A stretch of DNA of 64,000 bases from the human T2T-CHM13v2.0 reference genome, Homo sapiens: assembly GCF_009914755.1 (NCBI RefSeq), contig NC_060933.1. One strand, 5' to 3'. Positions 1 to 14,946 of the stretch are shown here, one piece after another. The notes below the pieces were generated by a model. That model did no database searches. It was not told where the DNA came from and saw nothing but the letters and a program-made list of their open reading frames with translations. Numbering within the stretch: position 1 is the first letter of the stretch; each line of letters starts with the position of its first letter. The position numbers were made by a program, and so were the translations under genes.

Positions 1-962
1 CCTATCATTGAGTCAAGATTTGGTTCTTTCTAGTGATGCTGGTGGATTTGCATTTTTCTCCTTTCCCTGAGTCTTCCTGGAACCAGTTACCTTCCCTGCC
101 AAGATACCCAGATGAGTCAAAGGTCCAATTGGAGGTATGGGATAAAAAGACACTAGGGCCAGTTCAATCCCTGGACTTGTTCTAAATAACAGAAGGGCAT
201 CCAGGGTGGTCATGTGTAAGCATTGTCAGCCTTTTCTGTTCTGCAGGTGTAGTTTTCACAAGATTCCCCCTGCATGCAGTTCCTGTCAACAAAGTGCCAG
301 TATCAAAATGGATCCTCTCCTCTGCAGTGTGCCTTCTCTACCTGTCTTCCTGCCACCAGTCTCTTCCCCAGGCTCTCTGGAAATTAAGACTGGATGAGGG
401 TGGCCCACAGAGAAATCCATTCCTGGGCTGACCTGTGTTTTCTGACCCCGTGCTCTGCACCATGCCTCCTGGTTTGCTCATAAGTAGAGTGACCTAGATT
501 GGTAAATAAACAAGTACACCATGGACCTGAACAAACACATACATACCCCACATGCACATGGTACATACTCCACCCACAAAACACCCAAGTTCTCTGACCT
601 TTGCCCAAAGAGAGCCCACAATGGCATTTGCATTGAATCTAGAAAATCCCAAGATAGAGGTTAGGGCTGAAAAACTTACTGAATTCTGAACCTCCCTCAG
701 TCCCCCAAAAAATATCTGGAACGACTCTATTCATGTTTCTTTGGGAGAAGAGGAAGGAATTTAGGGAGACTTAGGGGAGTCATTGCTACTTTGGGGGAGC
801 TCATGCTGTGCCTTTATGAACAACCCCAGGCCTGTGAGGAGCCTTCAGTCAGTCAGCCATGAGGACAGCACTTTCTGCACTTACTGAAATCTAAACTGAA
901 CATGTCAGGTCCTTGCATCTCTCCAGTGATGAAGGAAAATGAAATCTGGGCCTCCTGTCTGA

Positions 963-1229
<267 letters not shown>

Positions 1230-1705
1230 GGCCCCTGGCTGCAGATGACTGGAAACAAGGAAGGACATTTCCGTGAGAGTCATCTCAAACACTGCTTAAG
1301 GAAAAGAGAAACACTAATGGCCAAGTGTACATTTGATTTGATATACAGACCTCCAGATTATTTTCTATATTTGGATTCACAGCCTTTGCGCTCTGGGTTT
1401 TGGGATTTGGGTGTGGGGTAAGTTGAAGGGAAATCAATTTAAAGGAAAGTTCTATTATCTGGGTTTTAGAAATTCTATAAGAGACAAAGTTTGGAAGTAC
1501 ATAAAGTAATAACTGTTAGAATTAGGTAATGGATATGAAAGAGAAAATGCTTTCTCATGCATAGACAAGTGTTTTGGGTTTTTAAAAAAAATATTCTGTC
1601 ATTGGTTACAAATTTTTACTCAGGCTTTCTATTGGCATGGATTTCCTTTGACCTCTCACTTTTTTATAAATTATAATGCATCTAAACCACCTGTCCCCAG
1701 TTAAT

Positions 1706-2760
1706 GTGCCAAAATGTCAATTTTTAACTTATCTCCAGCCAATTTCAAAGAAAACAGACCAGCATAGTTCTGCAATAACAGTTTTAAGATGGGCATAGGG
1801 TTTGGAAGAAAGGGAGAAGGATTCTTTTTTCAATGTACTGTATTGGGACGCTGGTAACTGTTAACCCAGTGTTCAGCATAGAGCTATATATATATATATA
1901 TGTATATATTTATTATTTTCATATAATTTGCCAGACAGAGATCAGAATTGAACCGTCAATGTGAAATAAAGAGTTCTCCTTGTACTTGAATAATAACCAC
2001 GATTCCAACCCAGGTCTGCTTTGGGGCTTATCAGAACTCCTTTCTAAGGAGCACTAGAATGAGAAATCATGTTGTTCGATCGTTTCACATCTGTATATCA
2101 GCTCTAAAGCAGAGATGTATTATGGTGATACTCCAAGGTGGCATAGCCATTCATTTACAACTTCCAGATTTGAGCTGCCTGGAGGGAATCCATATCAGCT
2201 CTGCATAAGATTATATACAAAGCTGTCACTCACAAAAGGCTGGATGTGCTTTCATCCAACTGGAAGGCTTTATTCTTCCAAGTTCATTCATACTCAAAGA
2301 GGCCAGTACTTTGCCATCCTTGCACTTCTGTTATCAGGGCCCAAATAACAGTGGCAAGCTACCAACTAAGTTGTATTTTAATAAAGATTCCATGGGTTGA
2401 ACAAGCCACGTTGCAGAAAAAGAGCTTCCCCTAACCTGGGTTGTTGCAGAGTAAATCCCACGACATAAGCTGGTATCAGTGGTTCGGGGGAAATAGTTCC
2501 ATTCTATGACTCTTGTCTCCTCCTCCAGGAGGACTGTTCTAACTAGTAATCTTGGCCCTATTCATTACATCCTCTGCTTGTCATTCTGCTAATTTATGAA
2601 GATAGTTTATTATAGTCTGTACTTCAGTTCTCATCTTGTAAATAATGCTTAACATAAACTTGTACTTACACTGAAATCCAAAATAGTCATGTTTCTGCAG
2701 TATTCTGTAGCCAACTTAAACCTGTGCTTTCATGTTTAAGAAATGAGAAATTGTGCCAAA
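1706..2760 (+). promoter_or_regulatory. miRNA seed matches and Pumilio elements in the SLC1A1 3' UTR
   Basis: GTGCCAAA (miR-96 8mer) at 1706-1713 and 2753-2760; GTACTGTA (miR-101) at 1835-1842; TACTTGAA (miR-26) at 1983-1990; TGTAHATA at 1901-1908 and 2637-2644. Confidence 0.6.
1885..1908. repeat. (TA)n microsatellite
   Basis: Directly visible. Confidence 0.9.
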
Positions 2761-3116
2761 GATAGCAGAAGAGTAGATAAGTGCTCAGTATTGACGACCT
2801 ACATCTGAAATCTACAACATAATGATACTGAATTGTTATGTAAACATCATAAATAGTAAATAATGATTCAATGTGAATTTTAAAATGCAAATATTGCTAT
2901 TGTTTATAGGAAATAAATCTAAATATAAATGAAATTGAATCAGTAATTTATCTTGGGCTAAATGGTTCTACCCCTTACTAGGTTGCCCCAATTAGTGGCA
3001 CTAGTTGGCAGAGCTGTTCATGAGCTGCCAGTTATCATTTTGGAGTCAGTTTGAAACCAGCCTCTTAACACACTGCTGTTAACTCATAAAAGAGAAGAGT
3101 GTTCCATTTCAGTCTC

Positions 3117-3122
3117 AATAAA
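3117..3122 (+). terminator. Probable distal polyadenylation signal of SLC1A1
   Basis: AATAAA followed by a pyrimidine/GT-rich downstream element (ttttcttcttgttatctgttgtttt). Confidence 0.65.
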
Positions 3123-3240
3123 CACTTCCCTCATTCTTTCCCCCTGCCTTTTTCTTCTTGTTATCTGTTGTTTTATCTTACTTGGATGGGTGTGGGAAGG
3201 CAGAGATGTGGTCAGTTGAATCAGATTTTATACAGTTTTC

Positions 3241-3533
3241 TTTTTCTTTTTTTGAGACATAATCTCACTCTGTCACCCAGGTTGGAGTGCAGTGACATGA
3301 TCTCAGGTCACTGCAGCCTCCTCCTACCGGGCTCAAACAATCCTCCCACCTCAGCCTCTTGAGTAGGTGGAACTACAGGCACACACCATCACTCCAGCTA
3401 ATTTTTCTATTTTTTATAGAAATAGGGTCTCAGTATGCCACCCATACTTGTCTTGAACTCCTGGCCTCAAGTGATTCCCCTGCCTCACCCCAACAAAGTG
3501 CTGGGATTACAAGCATGAGCCATTGTGCCTAAC
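3241..3533 (-). mobile_element. Alu (old, AluJ-like)
   Basis: Antisense Alu dimer with leading T tract. Confidence 0.9.
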
Positions 3534-3725
3534 TGGATTATTGTTTTCAAAACTTTATACCCCAAGAATGAAAAAGCGAGGCTTGAGGAAAAATAATCTG
3601 ATTGTTCATGTTAGCCAATGGGATTACAAGGCGGAAATACAGTGCCATTATGAACAGCTGCACGCATATTTTGTGGCGGAATGAAAGTAGAATTTTGTTA
3701 GAAGTTACTACAGTAAGAGATAGTC

Positions 3726-4028
3726 GACCAGACACAGTGGCTCACCCCTATAATCCCAGCACTTTGGGAGGCCGAGGCAGGCAGAACACTTGAGGCCAGG
3801 AATTCAAGACCAGCCTGGACAACACAGAAAGACCCCATCTCTACAAAAATGTACAAAAATTAGCCAGGAGTGAAGGTGTGTGTCTGTAGTCCCAGCTACT
3901 CAGTAGGCTTAGGTGGGAGGATCACCTGACCCTGGGGAAGTTGAGGCTGCAGTGAGCTGTGATAGCGCCACTGCACTCCAGTCTGAGCGACAGAGACCCT
4001 ATATTTAAAAAAAAAAAAAAAAAAAAAA
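3726..4028 (+). mobile_element. Alu (old, AluJ-like)
   Basis: Sense Alu dimer with A tail. Confidence 0.9.
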
Positions 4029-5550
4029 GTCTTACCTCTCAATATGATGGTGGCTTGGTTTCACTACAGGAACAATCCTGCCCTCTGAAGTAAGATTACA
4101 AGCTACAAATGGCTGTGTTCAGAGTGATCTCTGATGGGATGGTACAGTCCTGCCTGGAATACCTCAGTCATGAGGGGATTCTGCAGGGGGCGATGGACTC
4201 ACTTGCTGTGATAGACAACAAAGGAATGAACAGCTCCCTGTTTCCCACGGAGAGGATCCTATCTGCTCATAAAAATGCCTATCACTACCTGGCCAAAGGA
4301 ATACTGGGTAGTTTCCTTTGTGTACAACGTGGGAGAAAATACTCAACAACACAACTCCTTAGAAAAAGATATTTGTTTGGAAGAGCTGGTGCCCCTGGGT
4401 CTCCATGTGACTTTGATTTTGCCTAAAGTTTACTCATGAATAGAGAAATGGTGTTATCAGCTGACGAATGACTTTATTCTTCCAGCAACTCTTTTTTAGT
4501 CCAGTGGGTACAAGGCCCTTTATTAAAGCATACCCTGATTCTTAGAAGAGCCATGGGAAGTGTGCTTGGCTTATACTCAGGCAGTAGGCCAGCTGCAGTG
4601 TTTGCTTTGCAGGGGCTCAAGAATCTTCCCTCCTGGAACAGAAGACAGGAAATGGTCTAGCAGCCTTGGAAGGCTGCTAGAAGCTTCTATGCAACAGGAT
4701 TGATATTCTGTATTCCCCAACTGCCCAGCAAGGGACTATGGAACACGATGAGTGGGCACACAGCTCTGATTCCTTACCAGCTTTGTGTCCCTTGCCAACA
4801 ACCGAAACCTTGGTTTCCTCTTCCATGAAATAGGAATAAAAATTATTTCCTCACAGGACTGCTTTCAGCAGTCAATGAGAAAATGCATGTGATGCATGTA
4901 GCAAAGATTCTGTTACAGACTATGTCTAACGAATGCTAGTGCCTCTTCTCCCCACCCCTGCTTCTGGGAAAAAACTATACCCTTCTCCCTCCCCCATTTA
5001 TTAACATGGGGTAATCCGTAGGGATGCAATTGCTGTTCCAGTATTTTAGGATCCGTGTCCCTGATGTGATGAAGGAATGAAGCTCCTACCACGTGGTGCT
5101 GGCTGGGTTATCACAGCAAACAGTATATCCAACCTAGTGAGACTTCGTAAACAGCCCCCATTCTATAAAGGGGAAACCCTTTCAGAAATGGGACATTTTA
5201 ATCTAAAGAATATCAAACTTAATTTTTTCTATAAAGTGTCATGTAGGAGGTAAACAAAAAATAAGTGTTCGCAGTCCTTTCCTATGCCCTGAAACACAGA
5301 GAGGGGTTTGAGATGCTTGGGCTGTGTGAAGCTGAGATGTACCTTCACATAACACCCCTTCAAACATCCTGAAAATGAGAGTACAGCATGAAGTTCACTT
5401 TTGCAGTCAGCCTATAAATCTTGTGTGACTCTTCAAAAACTGTCTCCCCACCTGATGGAAGCAGGGCCCCCCGTGGGGCTTTTTAATATACCCTGTGGGA
5501 GGAAGTGTACCTCTCTGCAATCCTAGACTTTTAAAGTGAAAGCCAGATAA

Positions 5551-5907
<357 letters not shown>

Positions 5908-7612
5908 TGACCTGTATATGGAATTGGGTGAGTGTACCTAAGTGTATAAAGTTATCCATCAAGGATGGAAATGATCGGGACATTTCTCAATGGCCTGGGC
6001 TGCATGCACAGTGCCACAAAACTCCTAAGCAAGCAGTGAGATCTAACCACACAATTGATGTCCCATTTCTTCCCTTACTAGGGCAAACCACTGTCATGTG
6101 TGATTTGGAAGGTGTCTCTCCAGAATTAGGGTGACACTTATGGTTTCATCTACAAATCTCCGCTTGGCCTGCCACTTTTAAGGTATCACCAAGTTCAAAA
6201 CAGTTATGAGTAAACCCCCAAAAGACAAGATAAACAATTACATTCCTTTGATTATTCTGGTTGGAGAAAATGAGAAAGGAATGCCATTGCCTCTTCTAGG
6301 GGATTTCCACTGCTTTCTAGAAGGCCCCAGCAGCCTGCAGCTGGGAAGCTCTGGCCCCGCGGGGACAACTCCAGGATATTACCTAGAGAGAAACTTGCCT
6401 CACAAAAGCACTGTTTATCAAAAAATGGAGGGAGGCAAATAACCCTGGAACTAAATGCAGAATCAACTAAACTGAGCAGTAGTGTCTGGATGCCTGTCCC
6501 CCATTTTCCCTCCAAGAAGCTGCCTTTTTCTGACAGACTGCAGGCTCTGGTAGCTGCCATTCCTCCATAACTCAGGAAAGCCATTACCAAGTGTTAGCAC
6601 AATGTCGCATCATCTTCTTTCGCTTCGGGGCACTTGAGGGAATGCGATGCAGAGTTGCATCATCTGAGCATTTCAGGGTCAAGGGTCTGGCTGCAGGGGA
6701 AGGTGTGAGGAGTCTGGAGATCTAACACTGGCCAGGATTTGCTTTGCCTTTGTCTGCGCCCCATGGAAAGTACCTTTTCCAAGGTGAAGGTAAGACAGAT
6801 TGAAATGACTTTGGTCATCCTGGAAGGGCAGTCGCTGGAGAAAAGGTACTACTCCTTCCAGTGTATGAGCATGCCTTCACAAAGAGCTCAAGGCATGTAC
6901 ATTTTAAAGATGACTTTGATCCTCCTCCAAGCATTCAAACATAACTTTTATTTAAAGAGCCCTTGTGTTGTGTTTCCAAGGTTATTAGCTTAGCTTGGCA
7001 AGAATAACAAAAGGCCAGCCAAAAGGCTTTTCTGAGCCAAGGGCTTAAAAAAAATTATAAAGGTTTTCCAAAATGAATCCGAGGTTATCCTGTCCGGGTC
7101 TTTAGGAAACTAGGCAGGTCTGATGGATCTCAGAGAAGTGCTACTGTATAAATTCACGTGATAAAAGAAGGCAATACCAGTCGGCGATAGAGGGACACTG
7201 GCTGATCCATCCTCAACACCTGCTTCTGTCTTCCCAGCATGCCAAGTTGGCTTTACCTCTCAGGTACTTTGGAGCTAATCCTCCCATCTTCTAATTTAGC
7301 CAGAAAGGTTAAGGTAGAAAGAATGTGTCAACTTCACATGAATCACAAATCCAAGGCTCTCTGCTCCATCAGAAAGGGCCAGTTAAATTAGAAAAACATG
7401 CCACTGCAGTTGATGAAAAAATTAGACATGCAAATAAGGCCGACTCAGCCTGCAAGGATATTTAGTCTGCTTTTCTCACCACTGTGAAAATGTTTGCTTC
7501 TATATCAATCCAGGCAGACAGTCACCTACCCTATTCTTGGGCATCATTACCTTTCCTAGAGATGACACTCTAAGGCAAATCAACGTCCAGTTTCTTTTAA
7601 GGTGTTGACCTA

Positions 7613-8026
<414 letters not shown>

Positions 8027-8346
8027 TTACTCAGCAGACGTTGGCATTGCAATTACTATGTGGCAAGCAGTGCTCTTACCACTTAAATATGAACTCATTT
8101 AATTTCATAACAGCATCATAAAGTGGGTACTATTATTATCCCCTTTCCACAAACGAAGAAACTAGCACAAAACATTAAGCAACTTCCCCAAAGACCACAC
8201 AACAAATAGATCGCTCAGCCATGTGGCTGCAGTGTCACTGTTCTTCACCAGGCATTGTAAGGCAGAGAGTGCCAGGAGTGCTAGAATATCAATTATAACT
8301 CAAGTCTGGGGTGATCTAAAATGTTCAAAGCAGATAAGAATCATTG

Positions 8347-8614
8347 GCTAGATCTACTGCATAGCATAGTAGCTATAGTTAATACTGCATTGTATACTTA
8401 CAAATTTGCTAATATAGTAGCTCTTACGTTGTGTTCTTATCATATCCCCCAAAATAATTAATAAATAAAGAAGGTGAGAGGAAACTTTTGGAGATGATGG
8501 ATAGGTTTATGGCATAGACTTTGGTGATGGTTTCACAACTCACCAAGTTGTACATGCTAAATATGTACACCTTTAGTATGCCAATCATACCTGAATAAAG
8601 TGGTTTAAGAAAAA
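8347..8614 (+). mobile_element. Old L1 3'-end fragment (L1MA/MB-like)
   Basis: gaaacttttggagatgatggataggttt...aataaagtggttt; flanked by aagaatca(t/c)tg at 8336-8346 and 8615-8625. Confidence 0.7.
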
Positions 8615-9810
8615 AAGAATCACTGCTAACACCAAGCACTAACTATGTGCTGAGATTGTACTAAATATTTTACATGCATAGTCTCATGCATTCTTCTTAA
8701 CACTTCTATTAGGCAGGTCATATTACCATCTGTTTCCCAGTTGAGGAAACTGTGGCTTAGGGAGGTTAAGTACTTTGCCCAAGTTCACAGAGCTGGGACT
8801 CACATGATTCCAAGTCTTTTCCTAACTATTAAGATATAATGCTTCAAAATGCCTAAAAAGTAAGAGGAAATGCATGACAGTATCCAATCGTCACCTCTTT
8901 ACAAGCTTTCTAATCATGACATTTTATTTGATACAACCAAATTTGCTCCTTCAAATTGCTGTTTGTTTTCCCATTCTAGCAAAAATTAATTTTAAATATG
9001 TCTAGATTATCTCCCACCTCATCTAGCTGCCCAGCCTCACCTCCTTTATGGTATACAATATCATTGTATCCCTCCCTTATATCACCTTTAAATCTTTCAC
9101 TCAAACCCCAACTCTCCCCAAAATCCCTTTCTTTTCCAAAACCAGGGATGGGGAGTTGTCAGGATAAAAACTGGAACCCTATTTCTCTTTTCCTTTTCTT
9201 GCCAAATTTTGGGGGCTGCTTTTTATTCTTTATACTGTGACTCCATTTCCTCCCCACTCACAAACACCTAATCCCCTACAGTCGGGCTTCCACAACATTC
9301 CTGAAACTCCGAGGTCATCAGTGCCCTGCTCATGAAATCCAAAAGGCATTTTCTCAGTCATCAATTTTTACTCTTCTGCAACATATGTCACTGTTGATTA
9401 GCTTTATATTCCACTAAGTTATTTTTCCTTGGCTTCCAAGACATTACCAGATTCTGCCCCGCCTGACCGTTTTCCACCACTCTTCCACAACCTTTGTAAC
9501 CTCCTCCTGCTGCTCCCTTACTGTGGGTCTCATCTCTCCCTGTGCCACACACACAGGGTCCCCTCAAATATTTGTGGAATAAATGAACAAGCTCACATCC
9601 TTCTGGTCTTCCTCTCTCCACCAGATACTCCTCCAATATTATGGATTCCACTACCATCTCTATGCAGATGATTAACAAAAATGTGTATCCACAAAGTCTA
9701 CAGCTGCCCTTGGTTTCTCCTGCCCTGATCTCCAAGCCAAACCTCAGATCCCCACCTCCAACTTCTACTGACCACTTTCTGTTGGCTTTTCCACCATCTT
9801 TTTAAACTGA

Positions 9811-10180
<370 letters not shown>

Positions 10181-12842
10181 GGGGAATTGTGTTTTTAAAA
10201 ATCACCATTATTTCCCCTACAATCTAGGATCATAAACATTTCTTCTTGCTTTTGACCCCAAGAGGTTTGAGGTTGCAAGGCAGGTCTATAGAGGTTGGTG
10301 CATTTATTTGAATCCGTCTGCTCTGGGATTCAGGTGGGAGCCCCTGAGTGAACAGTGATGCCTCTTTGTGAAGCGAGTGACCCAAGACTTAGCCTCTGTC
10401 CAGACATGAATCACTGGACATGGTGTACTCCTGCATTTTCTCTTCCCACGTAATTCTTGAATAAACAACTTGTATTTTGATAATCCTCTAAATTCTATTT
10501 ACAACCATAAGGCCTTCACGATAAGAACAAGATTCAGAGGGATTAAAAAAATACTAAACAAAATCCCAGACAAGGCCTCCATTCTTCTGAACACCCACCT
10601 TGACCCCTAGTAATTCTAAGTGTTCCCTATTCTATCTCCCTGGCCAAAAAGAGACCACAAAAAGAAAAGTCCCTAAAGGATTTCATTTGAGCTCCTATTT
10701 TGTTCTCTTAGTCGTTGAGTTCATCTTGCCTCACACATCATGAAGAATATGAATCCACAAAATGAAGGACACTGTGTCCTTATTTCTGCAGGGCAATTAT
10801 TCTCTCCATCAATACCTCATTCTGCTGACTAAGTAGTTCACCTTCACTTTGTAACAAGCCCAGGCCACCGGACTTAACCACTTCTTCCTTAAAAGGGCCA
10901 GGTACCTCCCCCATACACCCACAGGTTTTTAAGCACCCCTAAAATAAGTTGTCTCATGATGTCTTCCCAGCCCTGATGTCTAATCAGCCCTTCTCTTTCC
11001 TGTGACTCTCCTACTCAGTTGAGGTTCTATTGCCCTAATTTTCAGACTTCTTCAAAGGCTTTGTCAGAGTCTCCCCACCGCCAGCCTCTACCTACTCCCA
11101 AACCATCCTGCACAAGATCATCAGATTAATACTTTGCTTTCTGGCTCCAAAACTCTAACGGCTTCTTATTGTCTACAGCACAAGTTGAAAATACTCGCCT
11201 GAATATTTAGGACACTTCAGAAGATACCCCAAAGGACATTTCCTCTTCTCTATATACATATGCTTCATTATACTCTCCCCAGTTGCCTCACTCTCCCAAA
11301 TCTCTTCTCTACCTGGTCTGCCTATTTTTTAAATGCTGAAAATAAGTTCTGGGCCTCCAACACCAATACCCCACTGTTTCTAACCTCCTGAAACATACAG
11401 AAGCAACAGTATCTTGGTACATAATCAGATACTGCCTTATATTATTAAGTTAATCAATATGAGACGATTATAAAGTAATGAAATTGAGTTCCACAAACCT
11501 CACTGTAAATCAATACCATTATTTTATACTACTAAACAGGAGTCAAAACTGGTGGCTTTGGGCAAGACCCAGCTTCAGACCAGCTTTATGTGGGCCACAG
11601 AGCCTTTGGCTGGTTTAGATTTGAATTTGAAGATGAACACCTTGTGGGAGGATGGGGTGTTACATGCTCCACTTCACTCCAGCTCCCATCACTCACCATT
11701 ATTTCAAACTCAACTGCTTCTGACAGTCACAAATCCTGCCTGGTCCTAAAGACATCCGAGTTTGCAACACCTTTTGGGAATCACACTTGAAATATCTCGT
11801 TTAACGTCTCATTGCCCCAGTAAGTATGGAAACTTCAAGAGGGCACGGGTTGAATTTTACACCCCTTAGTGTGACCCCTCCCGACCCCACAGGGTCCTGC
11901 GCAATACTGAGCACACAGAAGGAGTTTAACAAATACAAGTTGAGTGGGTCCATGCGAGGCTGTGGGATCAATTTTGTTAACTGCAGGGCTGGGAGGAGAC
12001 CCAGTGAACAAAGGACGTCATCCTATCCCTTAAGCAACAACAAATGAGCTTTCATAATGAAGAGTTCCCACCATGAATGCAACGCTTCCAGCAATAACAC
12101 CTACTGCCACTGCCTACGGTCTGTTCCTGGAAGTCATCCCAATAAAACAAGTATGATGTTTATCTCAGTTCAAAATTCCAATTTCAGTGAGTGTCCGTTC
12201 CTGGAGAAAAAGGAACAGGAAAGTTTATTTGGGGGTGGTGGGGAGGAGGGGACTTCCTAAAAATGCCGTTTACAAACATAACATTTCAATGACAGGAAAT
12301 ACGAGCAGAAAGCCTCTCTTGTTGGCCTAAACAAGAAGTGGTTAATTGTTCCAACTTCTGTCAAGAGACCTTAGTTGCTCTGTTATTCTGAAATGTTCTG
12401 AGTTCATGTTTTTCAAACCCTTTAAGTTGAATTATCTGTGATGCCTCAGGGCCAACCAGGTGGCAGCAAAGGGGTGACAGGAAGTGGTACAGAGAACCTG
12501 AGGTTTGGAAACAAGACAGAGCAGGGTTTGCAAACTGGCTCTGACGCTTGCTTTTCTGAGCCTCAGTGTCCTTAGCAAGAAATAGGGGGAGCAATGCTTT
12601 CCTCAAAAAATTAAATGAGATGAGAATAAGAATAGCTAATGCTCACTGAGTGCTCATTTTGTGCCAGGCACTGATTTAATGTACTTTAAATGTATTATCT
12701 ACCAACAATAACATTATTAGACAGATACTATTATTACCTCCATATTATACATAAGGACATTGAGACACAAAGAGGTTAAATTATCTGTCCAAGGCACTCA
12801 GCCTGTAAATGGCAGAACTAGGATTTAAATCCAGGTACTCGG

Positions 12843-12987
12843 AGGGGCGCAGTGGCTCATACCTGTAAGCCTAGCATTGTGGGAGGCCGAGGCGGCAGAT
12901 CACTTGAGGCCAGGAGTTCAAGACCAGCCTGGTCAATATAGGGAGACTCCTTCTCTATTTTTTATATATAAAAAAAAAGAAAACAAA

Positions 12988-13021
<34 letters not shown>
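12843..13021 (+). mobile_element. Alu left monomer/FLAM followed by (CA)n
   Basis: Single Alu arm, A-rich tail, CA repeat at 12991-13021. Confidence 0.8.
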
Positions 13022-13023
<2 letters not shown>

Positions 13024-14567
13024 TGGGGCGTGGGGGGTGAGGTGGGCGGAGCTAATGGATCACTCTAAAAGACGCAGAATCCCAAGGAAAAATTTTGGAC
13101 TAGAAACTCCTCATTTTGTTGAAGAAGCTCCATCAACTCAGCCATCAAGAAAAGGACCCATCTGCACCATGTAAAAGCTCCTGTCCTAGACATGACCCTG
13201 TTTTGACCAAATTCCCTATGTGAAATTAAGCATAGGTTCTTTCCTTTGATAAACAAAGTAACTTCATTGCCATAATTTGGTGCCCCTAGATTCAGTGTGG
13301 AGGATGGGGCTCCCAGGCCAAAGGAGCAAAGGGTTGGGGCTCTCATCACTGTTGGCAGGGTTCCCAGCACAAGGGAAGAGAGAAGAGGTCTCCCTAAGAC
13401 CTGCAGGTCCGCTAAGTAGTGCTAGGAGGGGTCCCCTAACCAGAGAAAGACAGCAGTCCCATCCGGTGGTACTAGTGGGTTCTCTGGTCACAGCATGGAC
13501 TACAGAGCATATCCTGTTCCTCAGGCTGCCCTCCAGAGAGCCCAGCGGGCTCCTTTGATGGACCAACTCAGGGGAGTACTGGCTATACTGAGAGTAGCCT
13601 GGCATTTGGGTGCTAGGGCTGAACTCACACACATACCCATCAGTCTTCTCAAATTACACCTAAAACCCGCCACCTCTTTTATGTCAAACATATCATTTGC
13701 ACTCTCATTTTTTAAAAATCTCTTTTATAATTCATGGCCTACAGGCTTCAGCTAACTTTGGGTCAGTCAGGTGACCACAGAGAACTGGCCTCATTGTACA
13801 GCAGCTTTTGTTTGGAGGGCCTAGGTTCCACAAAGGAGATTTTCTTAGGAGCCTCTGCAAACCAAGACCCCATGAAACATGCCCATAAAATATGCTCCAG
13901 GCTTTGACAGATCTGCAACCATAAAAATCAAGAAAGGAATTATAAACTGAAGCAAGACAGATGGGAATTCTTTTTATGATGTTTAATGACACAGATCTTC
14001 CCAAAGTAATCCAAACCCCAAAACATCACAGAATTATTCATACTATTATACACTCCAAAAGCAAAATACTTCAACTGCAATCCTTGCCCCAGCATGATTC
14101 CTCAAAATTGAGATAACTCCTTGAGAAACAAAAGTAAAAATAATAATAATTTAAGGAATAGAGTTAATAGATGCAAAAGTAAAGGGAAAAAAAGCGTAAT
14201 TTAGTGTGAAAACCAAAAATGACTTTAAATAAGAATGGGCATTTAAGATCTTATTAAAGAGTTATGCTTAAACCATTTCAAAAAACACTGAATATTGAAT
14301 GTCATGGTGTATATTTTAACAATAACTGAAATGGGATACCAATTCATTAGGGCTGCTTTCCTTTAGCTGCTTACGTAAGCAGCCCTCTCCTGAGACTTAT
14401 AGCGTAACCTTAATGTAACACAATATTTTCTTACTTTTGATGACTACTTAGAGGTAACATCAAAACAACAAATTGACAACCATAGTTTCAGAGAGACTGA
14501 GAACATATTAGCATATGTAATTTAAGCTTGCTGTTGGCCTTGCCAAGGTGGAATGCTGGTTGTGATA

Positions 14568-14946
14568 CAGGTTGAGTCTCCCTTATCTTCAGTGCTTGGG
14601 ACTGACCAGAAGTATTTTAAACTTGGGTTTTGGTTTTTGTTTTTGTATTTTGGAATATTTACATAAACACAATGAAGTATCTTCAGGATAGGGGATAGGA
14701 CCCAAGTCTAAACACGAAATTCATTTACGTTTTATATACACTTTATACAGGTAGCCTGAAGGTAATTTTATACATGATTTTAAATAATTTGGAGCATGAA
14801 ACAAAGTTTCGAATGCATTTGACTGCACCATGCCACATGCAGTCAGATGTGGAATTTTTCACTTATGGTGTTATATTGGTGCTCAAAAAGTTTTGGATTT
14901 TGGAGCATTTCAGATTTCAGATTTTTAGATTGGGAGGTTCAACTTG
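14568..14946. mobile_element. TcMar-Tigger MITE (Tigger4/MER46-like)
   Basis: ta|caggttgagt ... ttcaacttg degenerate terminal inverted repeats. Confidence 0.7.

Larger units (their letters stand above)
1230..3140 (+). other. SLC1A1: SLC1A1 3' UTR (end approximate)
   Basis: AT-rich, transposon-free sequence after the stop. AATAAA at 1965-1970, 2380-2385, 2912-2917 and 3117-3122; the last is followed by a T/GT-rich tract. Confidence 0.85.

Noticed and set aside
4030-4040. Strong minus-strand donor GAG|GTAAGA suggesting a SPATA6L read-through exon toward SLC1A1
   Set aside because: No matching acceptor or exon could be defined from sequence alone; needs transcript data.
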